Shown piece by piece: positions 38,186-53,559 of a stretch of 64,000 bases of DNA. Each line of letters starts with the position of its first letter. The first letter of the stretch is position 1. Both the position numbers and the translations under genes were made by a program. The notes beneath the pieces were generated by a model that saw only the letters and a list, made by a program, of their open reading frames with translations, made no database searches and was not told the origin of the DNA. The DNA is from Octopus vulgaris (taxonomy: Eukaryota). The stretch covers positions 57,412,001-57,476,000 of the forward strand of contig OX597826.1 in NCBI GenBank assembly GCA_951406725.2, read 5' to 3'.

Positions 38186-39214
38186 TCCTCATCATCTTCA
38201 TCATTTGACGCCTGCTTTCCATGCTAGCATGGGTTTTGATGGTTTAACTGAGGACTGGCAAGCCAGAAGGCTGCACCAGGCTCCATAAATAGATAAAATA
38301 ATTTCAGAGAGATTTCTTGTCTTCTGTTTATTTAACAGCAAAGATATTTGAGAGCTAGACACTTGATTAATAGAAACCATTGATTCACGGATTAAATTCC
38401 ATTTTGACTGACTTTCACCTCACTAGGATCAATAATACAAGTACCAGTAATACACTAATTCAGATGAACTGAAAACAGATTATAGTCACTTTAGAATCTT
38501 CTAATCAAAAACAAGTCAATATTTCAGAAATTAATTACACAGTTAATTAGGCAATATAGATGAATTCATGTTATCTTAAGTATTATTAAAGAGAAATTAC
38601 AAATAAACATCAAGTATATTTGTGATGTAACAAAACTTTTCAAAATATACAGAATAATACTGTTGCTATGGTAATCCAATTTTATTCAACTAATCCTTTA
38701 TTAGTTGAAGAAAATAGAAACTAATCTTACTAATCTTATCTGTTGGTAATTGGTAACTAAAATAATTAAATGTCTTTGATATATTTGAAACAGGAGATCA
38801 GTAAAACTGGTCAAATGTCATACAAACTGGCTGGTAACTTTACAATTTGAGTTCAAATGCTACCTTGGATTTTAATTGCCTATCAGGGACAGATTTGCCT
38901 ATCATCTGTGCCCACCTTCTCAAATATGTGGCTAATGTTAGAAATCAATATATTTAACATAGTCAAAATTTAAAGCAAAATATAGGAGACAGGATTAATG
39001 GATTTCAGGAATAACATCTTTGTAGATTTAAATATATTTTCCCCCCTTTAGAAAAAGCAAGATGATTCAGGAAGTTAACTCAGAAATTCAACTTATTAAC
39101 TGTCACATACATACCATTCACAACTAAACCATTTGCTTATATTGTTGCAGCATGACAAGAAAGCATATTTTTATATCAACCGCATGTGTATGTGTGTATG
39201 TATGTGGTTTGTGT

Positions 39215-39480
<266 letters not shown>

Positions 39481-40080
39481 AGACAGATAACTATAGACAG
39501 AGAGGGAGAGAGAGAGTGTGAAAACTAGCTGTTACATTTTCATAGAACTCTTCTCTCTTCTAAGTGTATCTTAAATAGCTGATCAGTTCCTTTGAAGTAC
39601 ATCATTAAAAATAAATGATCAATCGGGATTCTCTCTGTGGCGATATGCCAAATAGATAACCTCTCAGATTATTATTGTCATTATTATTATCATCATCATC
39701 ATTATTATCATTAACATATATTTGATGCACTTATCTAGTTTAGTATTCCAGTATCCTGTGTTCAAATTCTGCCAGACCAATTTCAGTTTACCTTCTCATT
39801 AAAAAGCAGTAATATACAGGTTTTTTCCCCCTTATTATCTTCTTTGATTTTTTTTTGACAATTTCAAGAAGAAAGGGCTTTACTCATGGCCTTTGCAGCA
39901 CATCCCCTGAGACTGGTTAGGATCAACATATTTGATGATCCTTTTGAATAGCTGCATATTGATGGATGCAGGAAAAGCAAGAGTAGGTAGAAAATTGGCT
40001 GGGAGGAGAGATGGGGAGGAAAGACCCAAGAAAAAGTGTTTAGAGTAAGGCAAGGTAAATGATATAATATGGATGATGAT

Positions 40081-40082
40081 AG

Positions 40083-40148
<66 letters not shown>
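40081..40148. repeat. (AG)n microsatellite
   Basis: Direct reading. Confidence 0.95.
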
Positions 40149-40153
<5 letters not shown>

Positions 40154-40384
40154 AATGAGTCAGTGGAACAAGGTTATCGAAATCCAAAAACAGAGACTAC
40201 TTTAATAGCAGCAGAAAAAGTAGAGTGAAGAGAAAGTACATTAGGTTTATTATATGTTTTCCCCACTAGGAGATGGTCCATCAGCCTAAACAAAAGAAAT
40301 CCTTATTATTACTAACATCTGTTATTCTCATACTGAGTAACGTTGTACTTTTTGACATACTAGTATACCAATCACAATACTCAT

Positions 40385-40578
40385 TATCATCATTGCTTGG
40401 CATCTTTTTCCATGCTGGCAAGGGTAGGACAGTTTGACAGGAGCTGGCTATCTGGGAAGCTGTCCAGACTCCAATTGTCTCTGTGGCATGGTCTCTGTGG
40501 TATGGTCTCTATGGCTGGATGTCCTTGCTAATGCCAACCACTTCACAAAGTGTGTGGGATGCTTTTTACGTGCCACTA
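40385..40578 (-). mobile_element. RTE-associated 3'UTR/SINE fragment
   Basis: ttttccatgctggc...ggctggatgtccttgctaatgccaaccactt...gctttttacgtgccac is the reverse complement of the 22050-22276 type sequence. Confidence 0.75.
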
Positions 40579-40609
40579 TATTCAAACATTATTTCTATTA
40601 ATTTTTCGT

Positions 40610-40800
40610 CGTCCATATCTCAAGGATTTGTCAAAAGCTGTTCCCAGGTGTTTGTAGCTGTGCTGTGTTATTATGATCACAAAGTGCAGTTGAATTGTTG
40701 AAGGTGGCTGAACTTGAAATTTTGGACAGATTGCGGAATGTGGATTTGAAGAGGAAGAATTCAATGAAGTGCTTTGTTAAAGAAGAGTAACACACCAAAT
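40610..40800 (-). mobile_element. Possible LINE RT C-terminal fragment
   Basis: Peptide SYKHLGTAFDKSL resembles the YKYLG..FD..L motif; the match is short. Confidence 0.35.
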
Positions 40801-40827
40801 AAAAATAGAAGAGTGATACAAATAATA

Positions 40828-40986
40828 TTGGTTTCAAATTTTGGCACAAGGCCAGAAACTTGGGGGAGGGGGGCTAAATCAATTTCATTGATCCCAGTGT
40901 TCAACTGGTACTTTTGTATTGAATTGGAAAGGAACATAGAGACAGACAAAATGCCGCTTAGAATTTTGCCTGGCATGCTAATGATT
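40828..40986 (-). mobile_element. Family B SINE with internal deletion
   Basis: ttggcacaaggccag...cccagtgttcaactggtact...gacagacaaaatgccgct matches the 13271 and 21248 copies; part of the core is missing. Confidence 0.8.
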
Positions 40987-42289
40987 ATTAACATTAATAT
41001 TATTAATCTTAATGTAATGAAGTTAACAGCTGAAGTGGGTCATGAGCAGTAACAAATGAGAGATGGATTTTCTGCTTATCTTTTAGTAGAAGAAGACTTG
41101 CAGAAAGCAAGAAACTTGAGCATACATTTTAGTCAAAAATCAAAAATAGTAATGTCCCACTAAACATTGACCTCCTGACACACAGTCATCATCCTTGTTG
41201 GATGATCACTGAAGAATTTGTACATTTAGTGTGTCAAAGAAGAAAGATGACTCTCCAAACTGTTTGTTGTTCACGGAAACATCTCTCAGTCACAAGCTCA
41301 GAACCAAAAGATTTTTGTTTGAAAAAGTTCATGCTTTCTCAAAGGGCATCAGTAATTTAAGTGAAATGGAATCACTAAGCAAAAAATATTGGAGGTGAAT
41401 CAGAGACCAAACAAATTCACCAAAGGTTGACATCTCCCTTATAGTGTGTTTATGTCAAATAATCACAACCTCATTAAAAAATGAAATTTATTGGTGAAAT
41501 GTAAGTAAATGTGTTAGTAAGAGATTAAAGGTCAATTTGGTATGTCAGCTATCTGAGACCAATAAAATACTGATGTTCCTGTGTTTCCATAATCCTTTTA
41601 GAGCAAATGTTGGGACCACAAGTGGCATAAACATCTATTTTCAGAGTCTTCGGAATTAATTCTGACAGCATGAAACTAAAATAGATCTTTAGTCATAACA
41701 GAAAAAAACAACATCAACAACAAAAAGGATGATGAATAAATAAAATAAATAAACTCAGGACTGAAAGCAAAAAACAAGCAAGGTTGACAAACAACCAATG
41801 CTAGAGCTCTTTCTGTAATGTCTAGCTATTTTCTCAATTATGATTAATAACAAAAGGTAACACATACACATACACACATTTTCCAAAGACATAAAATAAA
41901 TATGAAACAAAATCAATAAAAACAAAAAGCATAAATATTAATAAAATAAAATAAAAAATATACATTGTTTTAGGACATTAAATCTACACCTATGGGTTCA
42001 TTCAGGTTTGTAAACCACACAACTCTTTCTTCTCCATCGCCAGTACTGTTATATAAAAAAGAAGATAATAAAAAAATAAATTATAAATTATCGCCATTTT
42101 TATTTTGTAAACATCAAAGAACTTCATTATAATGGATGTAATTTGATTTTGGCAATAAAACACCACAGTTCCTTCAGTTCATTTGATATTTTTCACCTTT
42201 TATTTTTGGTTGCAACATTATTTTGAATTGATTTGTTGATTGAAATCTATCCAAAGCTAGTGCATCTAACTGTTGATATTAGATTTATT

Positions 42290-42600
42290 GGTGTGTAAGT
42301 TCAGTAGATAAAGGGTAAAGCTTCATTTTTAGATATATTGATGGATCAGGTAAAGTCACTTGACCAGAATAGCATTATATTTTGTTGATGTATTGCATAC
42401 AAGAAAGAGTGTTTTGGTTACGTATCTGTTATCTCGTAAACATTCCACTATAAGACAATGGTATAAACAATTCTACTTTGTTTGAAGAAACACACAGACA
42501 TTAAAACATTAAGAAGGTAGCTTCAAACATTTCTAAACTTTAGGCATAGATGGTTATGATCCTTATATTAATACAACTATATATCCTACATATACAGAGC
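42290..42600 (+). mobile_element. Decayed Penelope-like RT thumb fragment
   Basis: Echoes in the expected order: GKASFLDILM, AYKKECFGYVSVIS*TFHYKTMV, DGYDPYI (cf. FLD.LI, VYRK.T..G.Y, NGYP). Confidence 0.45.
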
Positions 42601-43836
42601 ATAACCACTTCCCCGATAATAACAAGGTTATTATTCTTTTCTACTAACTTCTTTCTTACAAACTAAAACCTTAGTCTTTCATAAGTTCAATTTAGTAATT
42701 GCTAGGTTTTACTTTATATTACAGTATACCATCATATATACTCTAAGTCAATCAGTAAATTTATTTCAAGTAAATGGTAAAATTATACTTGGCATATGTT
42801 AGTTCTTGTAAAATAACTGGCACCTAATGAATGTGACATTTATGCTATAGCCAGTTTCATAGGCAATTAACAGGATTTTTCTATAATTTCAAATGAAATG
42901 GTTTTAATTTTAAAAATCAACCACAATTAAAGGACATATTGGGGCAATAAACTTTTAGTGGCAACTACCAGAGTTTCAACATCTTTGTGACTATTGGAAC
43001 ATCATTCTTATCACCACTTTTTTAATCTTAAGAACTTTAAGGTTGTGAGTGCTAACTTTGGTTTCACACATACACACATACATAGCAAAACATACTCAAA
43101 ACACATGCATCTATCTTGCTAAAAACTTTTCTCCACTGAACCAAACCTAACGCAGCTGTGAAATATTGCAGGCAGTTTTATACAGTGAATATAGCTCAAA
43201 ACTTATGAAAATTCTGTAGTCAGATATATATTCAGTCACTTTATTCCTTGACATATGTGTGGCATAAACTTAGGAATAAACATGCATGCACACAAGCTCA
43301 CTTACACAAAAATACTCTGTACCTCTCATTATGTGTCTGACTGCCTTGTGGTATTTTTTAAAATAAATATATATATATATATTGTTAGAATAGGATTGAA
43401 AATTTATAGAATTGTACAATTTTTCATAGAGGTATTTTCATTGAAGACCTTTCCTAACATCAACAAAGTTTTTTTAAAGACAACTACCCAAACTAAGAGA
43501 AATTATATTATAGTATATAATTAATCACCTTTCACTTAATCACTAATTGCTAAGCAACAAATTATATAAAAATAAAGAAAGAAAATGAAAAATAAGATTT
43601 CCAAGAGATAGCAAAACAAAAGACTTCGAAAGGGATTCAATTGAAGGATAGATATCAAATTTATTGAGCCATTTTAGTGTCTGGAAGAGATTGGTTTGTT
43701 CCCATTAGTTTCAAATTAATTACTAACAATAAATTTATTGATGAGTAGCAAATTATTATTGGGAGTTGTGAAGTAGGTAGACAACAACAACAACAACAAC
43801 AACATTAAAAAACACAACTAAACAACTGAAAAAGCA

Positions 43837-44021
<185 letters not shown>

Positions 44022-44524
44022 GTATGTAGAGAGAGAGAATAAGAGAGAGAAGGGGCGAAGGGAGGGCAGTAATAATAAAAGTGAGGGGATATAAAACAAT
44101 GATGCTTTGATCAGTTCATCTTTGTGTTCCTTGATCAAGTAGAAGCTGGTAAAAGAAGGTCAATAATATTTATATTGTTTGGAGGAGATTTGATGATAGA
44201 TTTCTATATAGTAGAGTTGACATCAATAATAACAAGTCTATTTATGTGTATATACAGCAAAATTGATGGTGGTCACTGACATAACAAAAGAAACATTATA
44301 TACTGATTCTCTTGATTTGCATGTTGAAGAGAAAAGTGAAACCAGATAGTTAGATCTGATGATCTAAGGCTAATAAACTTAACAAAGTACAGGAATAACC
44401 TCCTATTCTACATTGTTCAAAATAGACGTAAAACAGTACTTGTTGAATATGATGATGATGATGATGATGATGAAGATGATGATGATGACAGATCATCATC
44501 ATTATCATCATGTTGTTGATACTG

Positions 44525-44765
44525 GTGTTGATTAACCTCAGTCTACCATTATCCAACAGATCAATGATCAAAAACATTCCATCTAAGACTGTCTTTCATT
44601 CCATACATTGTGTACCTAGAACTACATCATTGAATGTGTCATATCATTTTTTATTAAATGGTAAAGAGGTTACTATTTCTAGCATGTTGATAGAGTGAGA
44701 GTGGAAGAAGATTTGACTGCTATTTCTAGCATATTGACAGATTACATAGAGGCTCCTTGATGTTG
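44525..44765 (+). mobile_element. Family E dispersed repeat (most complete copy)
   Basis: atgatcaaaaacattccatc...agaactacatcatt...agatttgactgctatttctagca...acatagaggctcc. Related copies at about 17690-17855, 29355-29560, 45672-45830 and 46362-46600 (same orientation) and 54655-54745 and 62280-62472 (opposite). Confidence 0.65.
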
Positions 44766-47700
44766 ATGATGATGATGAGTCTCATAATAAAACTGATGAA
44801 ATACGGAGTATGAGGAAGTTAATAATGATGTAGAAAAAAATATTTAAAGTTTAGTTCAAAACCGTGGTAAACTTACACCACAATCTTTTCCACTCTTTCT
44901 TTTTGAACATTTTCTAAATTCTACAAGAAGTAAAAGTTTAAATTGAAATAAAAATAAACTATTGCATACACTTTCAGAACCAGAAAGCTATATAGCAACA
45001 AAATGCATAGCCCTTCACCCACAAAGACAGCCATTGCTAACTGCCATAGGAGATAAGAATCATTTGTAAATGGCTTGTTGGGGTGGTTAAGAAATGTTAA
45101 GCAAATTTACAGGGAATGCGAAGGAGTGAAAAATGATCTCAGAGATCTAATTTGTCAAAATCCCTGTCATTCTTTTACAAGGCCTAGTTTGTGACACATA
45201 ATTTCAGATAAACAAAACCATTCTTCACATGAATAGCAGAATTTCGACAGTAATTTCACTAAGAGGCAGCACAATAAATTTTAATAAACAAGAGACAAGT
45301 TTCCAACTGGATAGAGAACACTGATTTCTGTCATAGCTGACTTTCTTTACTGGAGAAATTAAACTCAACAGTGAAATGCAACAAAATATTTATGAATTCC
45401 AGTGCTGCAACTATTTAGAGTAGTAAATAACATCATATACCAAGCTTATGGTATCTATTTGGAGTTAAGTAGATTTAACTATTAAGAGCTAAGTGTCTTT
45501 GCCACAGACACAGAATTGGTGATACTATGCACTGAACAGTACTGAGTACTGTTCTACAGATGCACATAACTAAGCTTAAACAAAAACTGCTATCAATCGT
45601 TTTGCAAAATTTACTGATATATAAATGCAGTGAGACCATTTTCTTTTTGGATAAAAATCTTATGATTATTTTTGTTTAGCCACAGATCAACCTTAATTAA
45701 CAAGCCTATAATCAAAAGCATTCCAGTTATGCCTATCTCATCTTATGGTGGGGTATCTAAGGCTACATAATTCAACGAGTTCTTCTTCATTAAGATGGTG
45801 GCATGTGACTTGAGTGAGATTCTGACTATTATTTCTGGCAGGCAGAACAATCACACAGAGACTCCTTCATTGGCTCGTAAAATACTATGATGAGTGGGAG
45901 GTATTTGTGTTCAGTGCAAAATATTAGACCTTGAGAAAACTTGTAGAGAGTTGTAGAGACATGTATATATATAGTCAAATGAATCAGACTCTGGTGCTGC
46001 ATATAAATGAGATGTGCTTTATTGACCCCAGGGATGATGGTCATCCAAATTGACTTTAATGGGGTTGGAACTCAGAACTTAGATACATGAAAGATATTTT
46101 TGATAAATAGTGTGTGTGAATGCATGTTTATTTGTGTGTGCATGTGTGTGTGTGTGTGTGGGGGGGGGTATGTGTGTATGCACATACACATAAATATATA
46201 CACATACAGACACACATGCATATGTCTATGTCATATATATGTAGATTCACCTAATGACCAACTGGATTGCTTTTAATGATGAATTTAAAATTAAGATAAT
46301 AAAAATGTAATACATAAACAAAATATAAATATATCACTGTATGTATAAGTCTGTATATGCCATTGTTATTTAGCCTCAGAGAGCGCTGACTGAGAAGACA
46401 TTATTAGATATGTTCCACTAATGACTATCCAATAATTTTAGACAATACATTATTTTAGATAATGCATTAATAATTTTTAAATAATACATTAATATAATCA
46501 TATCTATGATTATATTATCCAATATATCATGTCTCTCAAAGGAGGTTTAGTTACTATTTCTAACACGTCAAACCAACTACATAGAGGATCTCTCGCTGTA
46601 ACTGATAATAAAAGATGTGCAAGTAATACTGAAAGGAACTCATTCACAAGTTAAAAAATAGTGAATCAGTAAAAAAAATAATTGAAACATTATCAAGATG
46701 AAGTCCCCAATTTTCGCATTGTTGACACAGAGAGCTGGACTGTAAATGTAATAATGGAACAGGTGGATGAAAAAGAATTGATTACAATCTATTGCTGGCT
46801 GCCACTTTCTTTCTCAATTCAGAGAATTCAATGTAAATAAACACAAGCTATGTCTAGAAACTGGGAGTTTATATTTTTGGGGTTCTCTTTTTGTTTTCTA
46901 TGCTAAATTTTCTGATTTTCTGTGAAATCTAAAATAAATTTCAATAAACAAGTAAATAAGATAAAACTAGACATAAATCTTTCTTTGTTTCACTGAACTT
47001 GTGTTAGCAAGACAAAAAAAAAACAAAGAAACAAAAACAAAACTCCCATAAACTGTACCTGAGGTTATCCTATATATCAATGTCACAAAGTGTGCCTTTG
47101 AAGCAAATAAAAGCCAGTGTAGGAGAAGAGGAGATTAGGTCTTAATTTTTTTTTTCTTGATAGCTCTAGAGAGGTTAGACTTGGTAAAAATAGATAAATA
47201 AATAATTTCATAAGAGATGAAGAGAAAAATAGTTTCTTGTATTGTGGAAAGGAGGAATGTAACAATGTAATGTTACATGTCTTCTAGCTTCAATAAATAA
47301 CATACAGGGTATGCTAATGTAGATATGTGGAGAGTAACAAAGCTGTAATGGAAAAAAAGAGGTTTGGTTATGGTTTGTGACTGAAATTTAAATGTCGGGT
47401 TGGTCATACTCAACAGAGTTTTGAAAAGTCATCTATTACATATTTTTCTATTTTATTTTACTTTATCTTATTTTTGTGTGTGTGTGTGTGTGATTTCTTT
47501 TAACCTATTCCCACTACCTCTGTACTTGGAATTTCATTTTACACTGAAGAAGGTCATGAAAGTAGTGAGCCACTAACGAGCTAGTATTTGCTCATGGTCT
47601 TTTTTTTCTATTCACACCATCTAACAGGCAGATATTGTATTTACCATTTTGTCTGCAGGCAACATAGCAGCAGAATTAACCCTGAATCCAAATCAGGAAT

Positions 47701-50700
47701 CTAACAATGTTTGACCAAGTGATTCATGCCAAGAACTTTCTATAATAACTTACTTTACTACACACAACAATCTCTACTCTATAACCTGCAAACAGTAAGA
47801 AAAAGTTCACTTGGAAAATTAATAAAGGAATATTCACAATCACAGCATGAAAAATATCCAAAAACATATACATATATATATATTTCTAACATAAATAACA
47901 GTGACTCATTGTTGGTCTCTATATGTTTATATATATGCAGAAGGAAAAATCAACATTTTAAAGTAAAATTTCAATGATTTATTTAACCTGCAGTGGTGCA
48001 TAAGTGCATTGCAGTTTGTTTATATATATATGTATGTTTACATGTGTATATGTGCACATCTATATTTATTTATGATGCCAATGAAATGAAGCCTAAGCTT
48101 TGAATGGATAAATAAAATCTACTATATCTAATAAGTATATTATTCTTCTCTTGTTTGTACATTCAAAACACATCCATACATATATAGAAACAATATTCAA
48201 CATTAAATACATAAATACAGAGATAATATATGTGTTTATGATGTTAGACTGCTTGAGCCTAGTGAGGGTAACCATTATGTCAACAACATAGCTTCACATA
48301 GAAAAGACAGTTATTACACCTTGTCATTCAGGTACCTATGGAAAATTTTGGTATAGAATGAAAGGGTCATCTACCATCTCACTCACATATATTAGTTATG
48401 ATAGTAATACGATAATGAGTCCAAAAATGAGAACTGGTGCAGACCAAGAACAAAAGCACACTGCTCAACCATTTTCTTTGACAAAACCCCAATACAACAA
48501 ATGGAACAAAATAAAGAAGCCCAAATGACTAGTTAGATAGACTTTAGGAGTGTACCAACATATTTTTAGATATCAGCATACATGTAACATACACTTTCAA
48601 TGATTGGTGACCTATCGAACCTAACTTCTAAGTTTGTTATTTATTCTTATATTTAATACTTCGTCTGATAAGTTCCAGGATGTTTCTATATGCAACACCT
48701 GCATATATAATTTCCCAGATCCAGGAAGTTCCAAGAGTTCCTGGAATTTTCTCACTTCTAGAATCTGTTTTGTCAATTCAAACTGTGCCACACAAAAGTT
48801 CATTCTTGGCAATGTACAATCAACCAACTTCCCACTGCAATGGGATAACAGGAAATGAAATATGTAAGGCCATTCATTTATCTTCAGCAGTAGACACATG
48901 AGTTCTGTGCTAGTCATGATGCATGTACATAAATATTATACATACGTGTATGTTAAGAAACCAGCACTTACTTACAAGAAGATTTCAAATGATTAAAAAT
49001 AGAAGAGAACATACATGCTCACAAGCCAGAGTTATACAAGGTAGCCTGCCCTACAAGAAATAGCAATTAAAATCTTCAAACCATGTCTATCTTTTTTTCA
49101 GAAATTAGCTGACCTATGAGATAATGCAGTTTCAAAAAACAATGTGTCTGGAATAAAAGTGGTGGTCATGACTGGAGCATCTTTGATCATAAACATACAA
49201 CTCAGTCAGAGCTGATTTGAGATTAAACAGCAACAATGAAAATACATGTATATATACATTCAAATATACATAAATGCACAAATATCTATATATATATATA
49301 TTTTGCATATATGCATACACAAAACGTTGCAGAAGGTACAAAACAGTTATGAATATTTTAAGGAATCGAGAAAATGTAATGTAATAGAATGGAGAAAGAG
49401 AAAGAATTTTCACAAGAATAACTCGGCAAACTAGATGATTTTCTTTAATCAACTTTTTAACACTTTGATGAGGTAAACTGCGAAACAATGTGTAGCTTGA
49501 AGTGTTGTTTGTTTGTCAATACATCACTTAGAAATAAAGATATCTGCATGAATAAGATGTTCTTTGAAGAAAAAGGAAGCAAGTTCAATTTCATTCAACA
49601 CCCCATATTTCGATTCTACATAATCCCCCCACCCTACCCTTTACTAACACACACACACGCTCTTCTTCTGTCTTCCAGGAATACCTCTACCAAAAAGTGG
49701 TAGCTAATTAAGAAGCATTATAATTAACTACAATCAGCAAAGCTTGGATTAAAATCAAAGTAATTACAGAAACCTGTATAATTGCTCTTTCTGTTCTTTT
49801 CTTATAAACAAGAAAAATAAATTCTCTCTCATTCTCCCTTATCTTTCTCTCTCTCTCTTCCTCACACACACATACGCACACACAAATGATGTAAACAGAA
49901 AATAATTCCAAAATTATGAGCTAACAAAGGAAAAGTGGAAAATCACATGAGCTAATATGAAGAACACTCCTGACATCTAGTGGCAGTTAGACAAAAGACA
50001 CTAGATAATCTTCAACTTTTGTTTCTGTACACACATTTCAACACCACAACCATATCAGCAGGAGTGTAGAAAGAGAGATAAAGAGATAGAGAAAGAAGAA
50101 CAGAGAAAGAAAGAGAGAGAGAGAGAGATAGAGATGGAGATAAAGATACACAGAGATGCAAGCAGCAGAACAAGAGGAAGAATAGATTGTTTGGTGGAAC
50201 GGAAGATATCTGGAGATGAGTGGGGGAGAGAGGAAATAGTGGGAGATAAATGGGAGTAGAGGAGATTCAATAAGCTTTACTGTAGCACAATTTGATGAGC
50301 TTCTCTATTGCCATGGTAACACAGGCTAAAAGGTGCAGTTGTTAGAACCATTTGTTGAAAAAGAAGAAAGGTATCCACACAGAGATGATTTTCACAGAGT
50401 TAGATAGAGTTGCAGAAGAGTGGGGGGGAAAGTAAAAAAAAAAAAAAGAACAACAATAACAATATTAGCAGCAACAACAACAACAACAACAACGATGACG
50501 ACAATCACTAAAAGAAGAAGAAAAAAAAAAGATCTGAAAGGAATACAAATATAAACCAAGTTTTCAATGAAAATCTAATTTTATTTATTTATTTAATCAT
50601 TTATGTATTTGTTCTTTTTCTTTCCTTCCTAGCTAAGAGGGAATTTTTAGCAATGAAATTATCAATATAGAACGTTCCTCGTCTTGCAACTTCTTATGAA

Positions 50701-50945
50701 TGAGTGCAGTTTGTGCAACTACTTCTGCACGAGGAATCAAGAGAGATGAAGCAACAAAGCAAGTAAAACTGTGCACAACTAAGATGCAAAAACACAGCAG
50801 AAAGTCAGGAATATCAAACAAACAAGTGGGAAAAGGAAGCACAACTGAAATGAATCCTACCTATGTTTGATCATATATATATATATATATCTATATATAC
50901 ATATAACAAGAGAGAGTGAAAGAGAGAGAGAGAGAGAGAGAAAGT

Positions 50946-50982
<37 letters not shown>

Positions 50983-51358
50983 AAACAAAGCAAATCAATG
51001 ACTTACTCAAAAGCATTTACATAAGCACACATTCAAATTCAGTATATGTATACACATATATATTTGTAGGTGTGTGTATATGTATATAAATAAATTTATA
51101 TTTGTTGGTGCGCGTATGTGTGTGTGTGTATATATGAGCATGCATAATTATATATACATGCATGCAATACATATTTAAGTAGACAACTGTGCTACATAGA
51201 CAAAACAATCTTCAAGTTCAATCAGAAATATAAGAAAATGAAAGTGCAAATGCTAGCACACATGATACATTTAATACATTGTGGTTTGTGCATTCATGTA
51301 TTAGAGACAAAGGTGGTGGAGACAGGATAAATGAGTATATACATATCTACATACATAA

Positions 51359-51410
<52 letters not shown>

Positions 51411-51411
51411 A

Positions 51412-51625
51412 CCGTTAGCATGCCGGGCAAAATGCGTCGCTGTATTTTGTCTGTCGTTACGTTCCGGGTTCAAATTCCGCCGAGGTTGACTTTGCATTTC
51501 ATCCTTTCGGGGTCGATAAATTAAGTACCAGTTACACACTGGGGGTCGATGTAATCGACTTAATCCGTTTGTCTGTCCTTGTTTGTCCCCTCTGTGTTTA
51601 GCCCCTTGTGGGTAGTTAAGAAATA
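51412..51625 (+). mobile_element. Young family B SINE, slightly 5'-truncated
   Basis: B-box GGTTCAAATTCC. Core tttcatcctttcggggtcgataaattaagtaccag (from memory, resembles the MetaSINE core domain; needs alignment). CpGs retained. Confidence 0.9.
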
Positions 51626-52271
51626 TATATACTCATATATTCACACACAAATATATATACATATATATTCCTGTATATATACATATAAATATATATAAAC
51701 ATGCATATATACATCTATATATATATAAATATACCTGCCTCACATATATATGTATATATATATATACACACACGTATCAAACATATATCTGCATACATAT
51801 ATATTTGGGCTAGTATCTAGTTTCAGCATTGAGTGTTATACAAATACCCAAACTCAACACTATAACATTGTACTAAAGGTACCGTGCACCCCATCTACAG
51901 TCAGGACCAAGGACTGCAATACCTTAGGATTAAAAGGCCAACAGCTCTTGAATGTGCAGCCAAAATATTAGGAAACCTACTGAAAAGGAAGCTGAACCTT
52001 CTATTCGCATTACAGGACAAACCAACAGCCTGGTATGAGGTACAGATGCGGGCAGCAGTGTTGAACTCCCTCATACACCAAATGGGCCAATAATTAAGGG
52101 AAAAGCACAAACAGGAGTGGTGATATGAAATCCCACCACCAGGAAGAAATCAGGCAAAGAAGAATGGTATGTAAAATCACAAAATTGCAATGGTTCTGCA
52201 GCATAACCACAGCTGCATGGCCGAAATGAATGAAAGTATGTATGGATATATATGTATGCATATACATGTGT

Positions 52272-52392
52272 ATCATCATCATCATCATCATCATCATCAT
52301 TTAGCGTCCTTTTTCCATGCTAGTATGGGTTGGACGGTTCAACTGGGGTCTGTGAAGCCGGAAGGCTTCATCAGGCCCAGTCAGATCTGCCC
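52272..52392 (-). mobile_element. RTE-associated 3' end with (CAT)n tail
   Basis: catcatcatttagcgtccttttccatgctagtatgggttggacggtt; a similar copy lies at about 38190-38285. Confidence 0.75.
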
Positions 52393-52393
52393 T

Positions 52394-52431
<38 letters not shown>

Positions 52432-52515
52432 CATACATATATATATATACATATATATGTATATATATATGTACATATATATATATATATATGTACATAT
52501 ATATATATATATATG

Positions 52516-52573
<58 letters not shown>

Positions 52574-52606
52574 CATATATATGTATATATATACACACAC
52601 ATACAC
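52394..52606. repeat. Complex (TA)n/(TACA) microsatellite
   Basis: Direct reading; source of many YI-rich ORFs. Confidence 0.95.
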
Positions 52607-53168
52607 AAAAAAAAATACATACAATCATATATATGTGACAACATGAAGAATGGATGTTAAATGATGATGATAATATATATATATACACACACACATACTT
52701 ATGCAAACATTAATATACACATAAATACTTCACTACAATACACTTCTACCAACATATGTGCACTTATTTGAAATTACATATATACATACATACAAATACA
52801 TATCCATCAATATATCATATTTAGAAACCTGAATATATGCATACACACACAAACACAGAAACACATACACACACACAAACACACATCCTTGCACATATTC
52901 ACCAATACATTTGTCATATATAAGAATAACAGAGTACACTAGAATATGCAAATAGAGAAATGGCGATAAGATGTATCAAATCAACTTAAGAAGAATACTG
53001 ATCTTCAATGAAATTTTTCTTCTGTACATAAGGTAAAGGATAATCTCCGATAGTATTAATCCCTCACCTACCAACTATCAGTCCATGAGATTCCATTTAT
53101 TTTTACATATTCATAGTTTATATAACAAGAATATACATTTGAGTGTGTGTGTGTGTGTCTAGTCATTA

Positions 53169-53217
<49 letters not shown>

Positions 53218-53228
53218 TAGAGGGAAAC

Positions 53229-53290
<62 letters not shown>

Positions 53291-53559
53291 CACACACATA
53301 CAAACATACATACATACACACTCACACAGAGATAAATATATATTTATAGAAGGCACTCTGCTATGTCAGCAAATGCAAAAATAAACATCACAATATCGGA
53401 TCTAGTATGCGAGTTAAGAAATGTATTTCATATTTGTGCAACCAGTTAAATGAGAAGCTTGAGAAGGATTTCATCCTCTTCGCGGAATTCTCCAGTGCAA
53501 CCAACTCGAGTGGGTCAGAGTATTGGAAGGAGTCAAGCAAAAGTTTGAAACTGTCATTA

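Noticed and set aside
41100-41330. Possible mariner N-terminal remnant on the minus strand (FGESS, DDDCVSGG)
   Set aside because: Similarity too weak to call by eye.
47541-47570. CTGAAGA...GAAA hammerhead-like motif
   Set aside because: Stems I and II do not pair.
49459-49506. aacact-TTGATGAG...CGAAAC...agtgtt hammerhead-like motif
   Set aside because: C3 is replaced, stem II has only one pair, and stem I is out of register with the cleavage triplet; at best a dead relic.
50600-50740. Strong plus-strand acceptor at 50632 and an imperfect hairpin TTCCTCGT...ACGAGGAA
   Set aside because: No good donor or reading frame; the stem is too short and bulged for a pre-miRNA.
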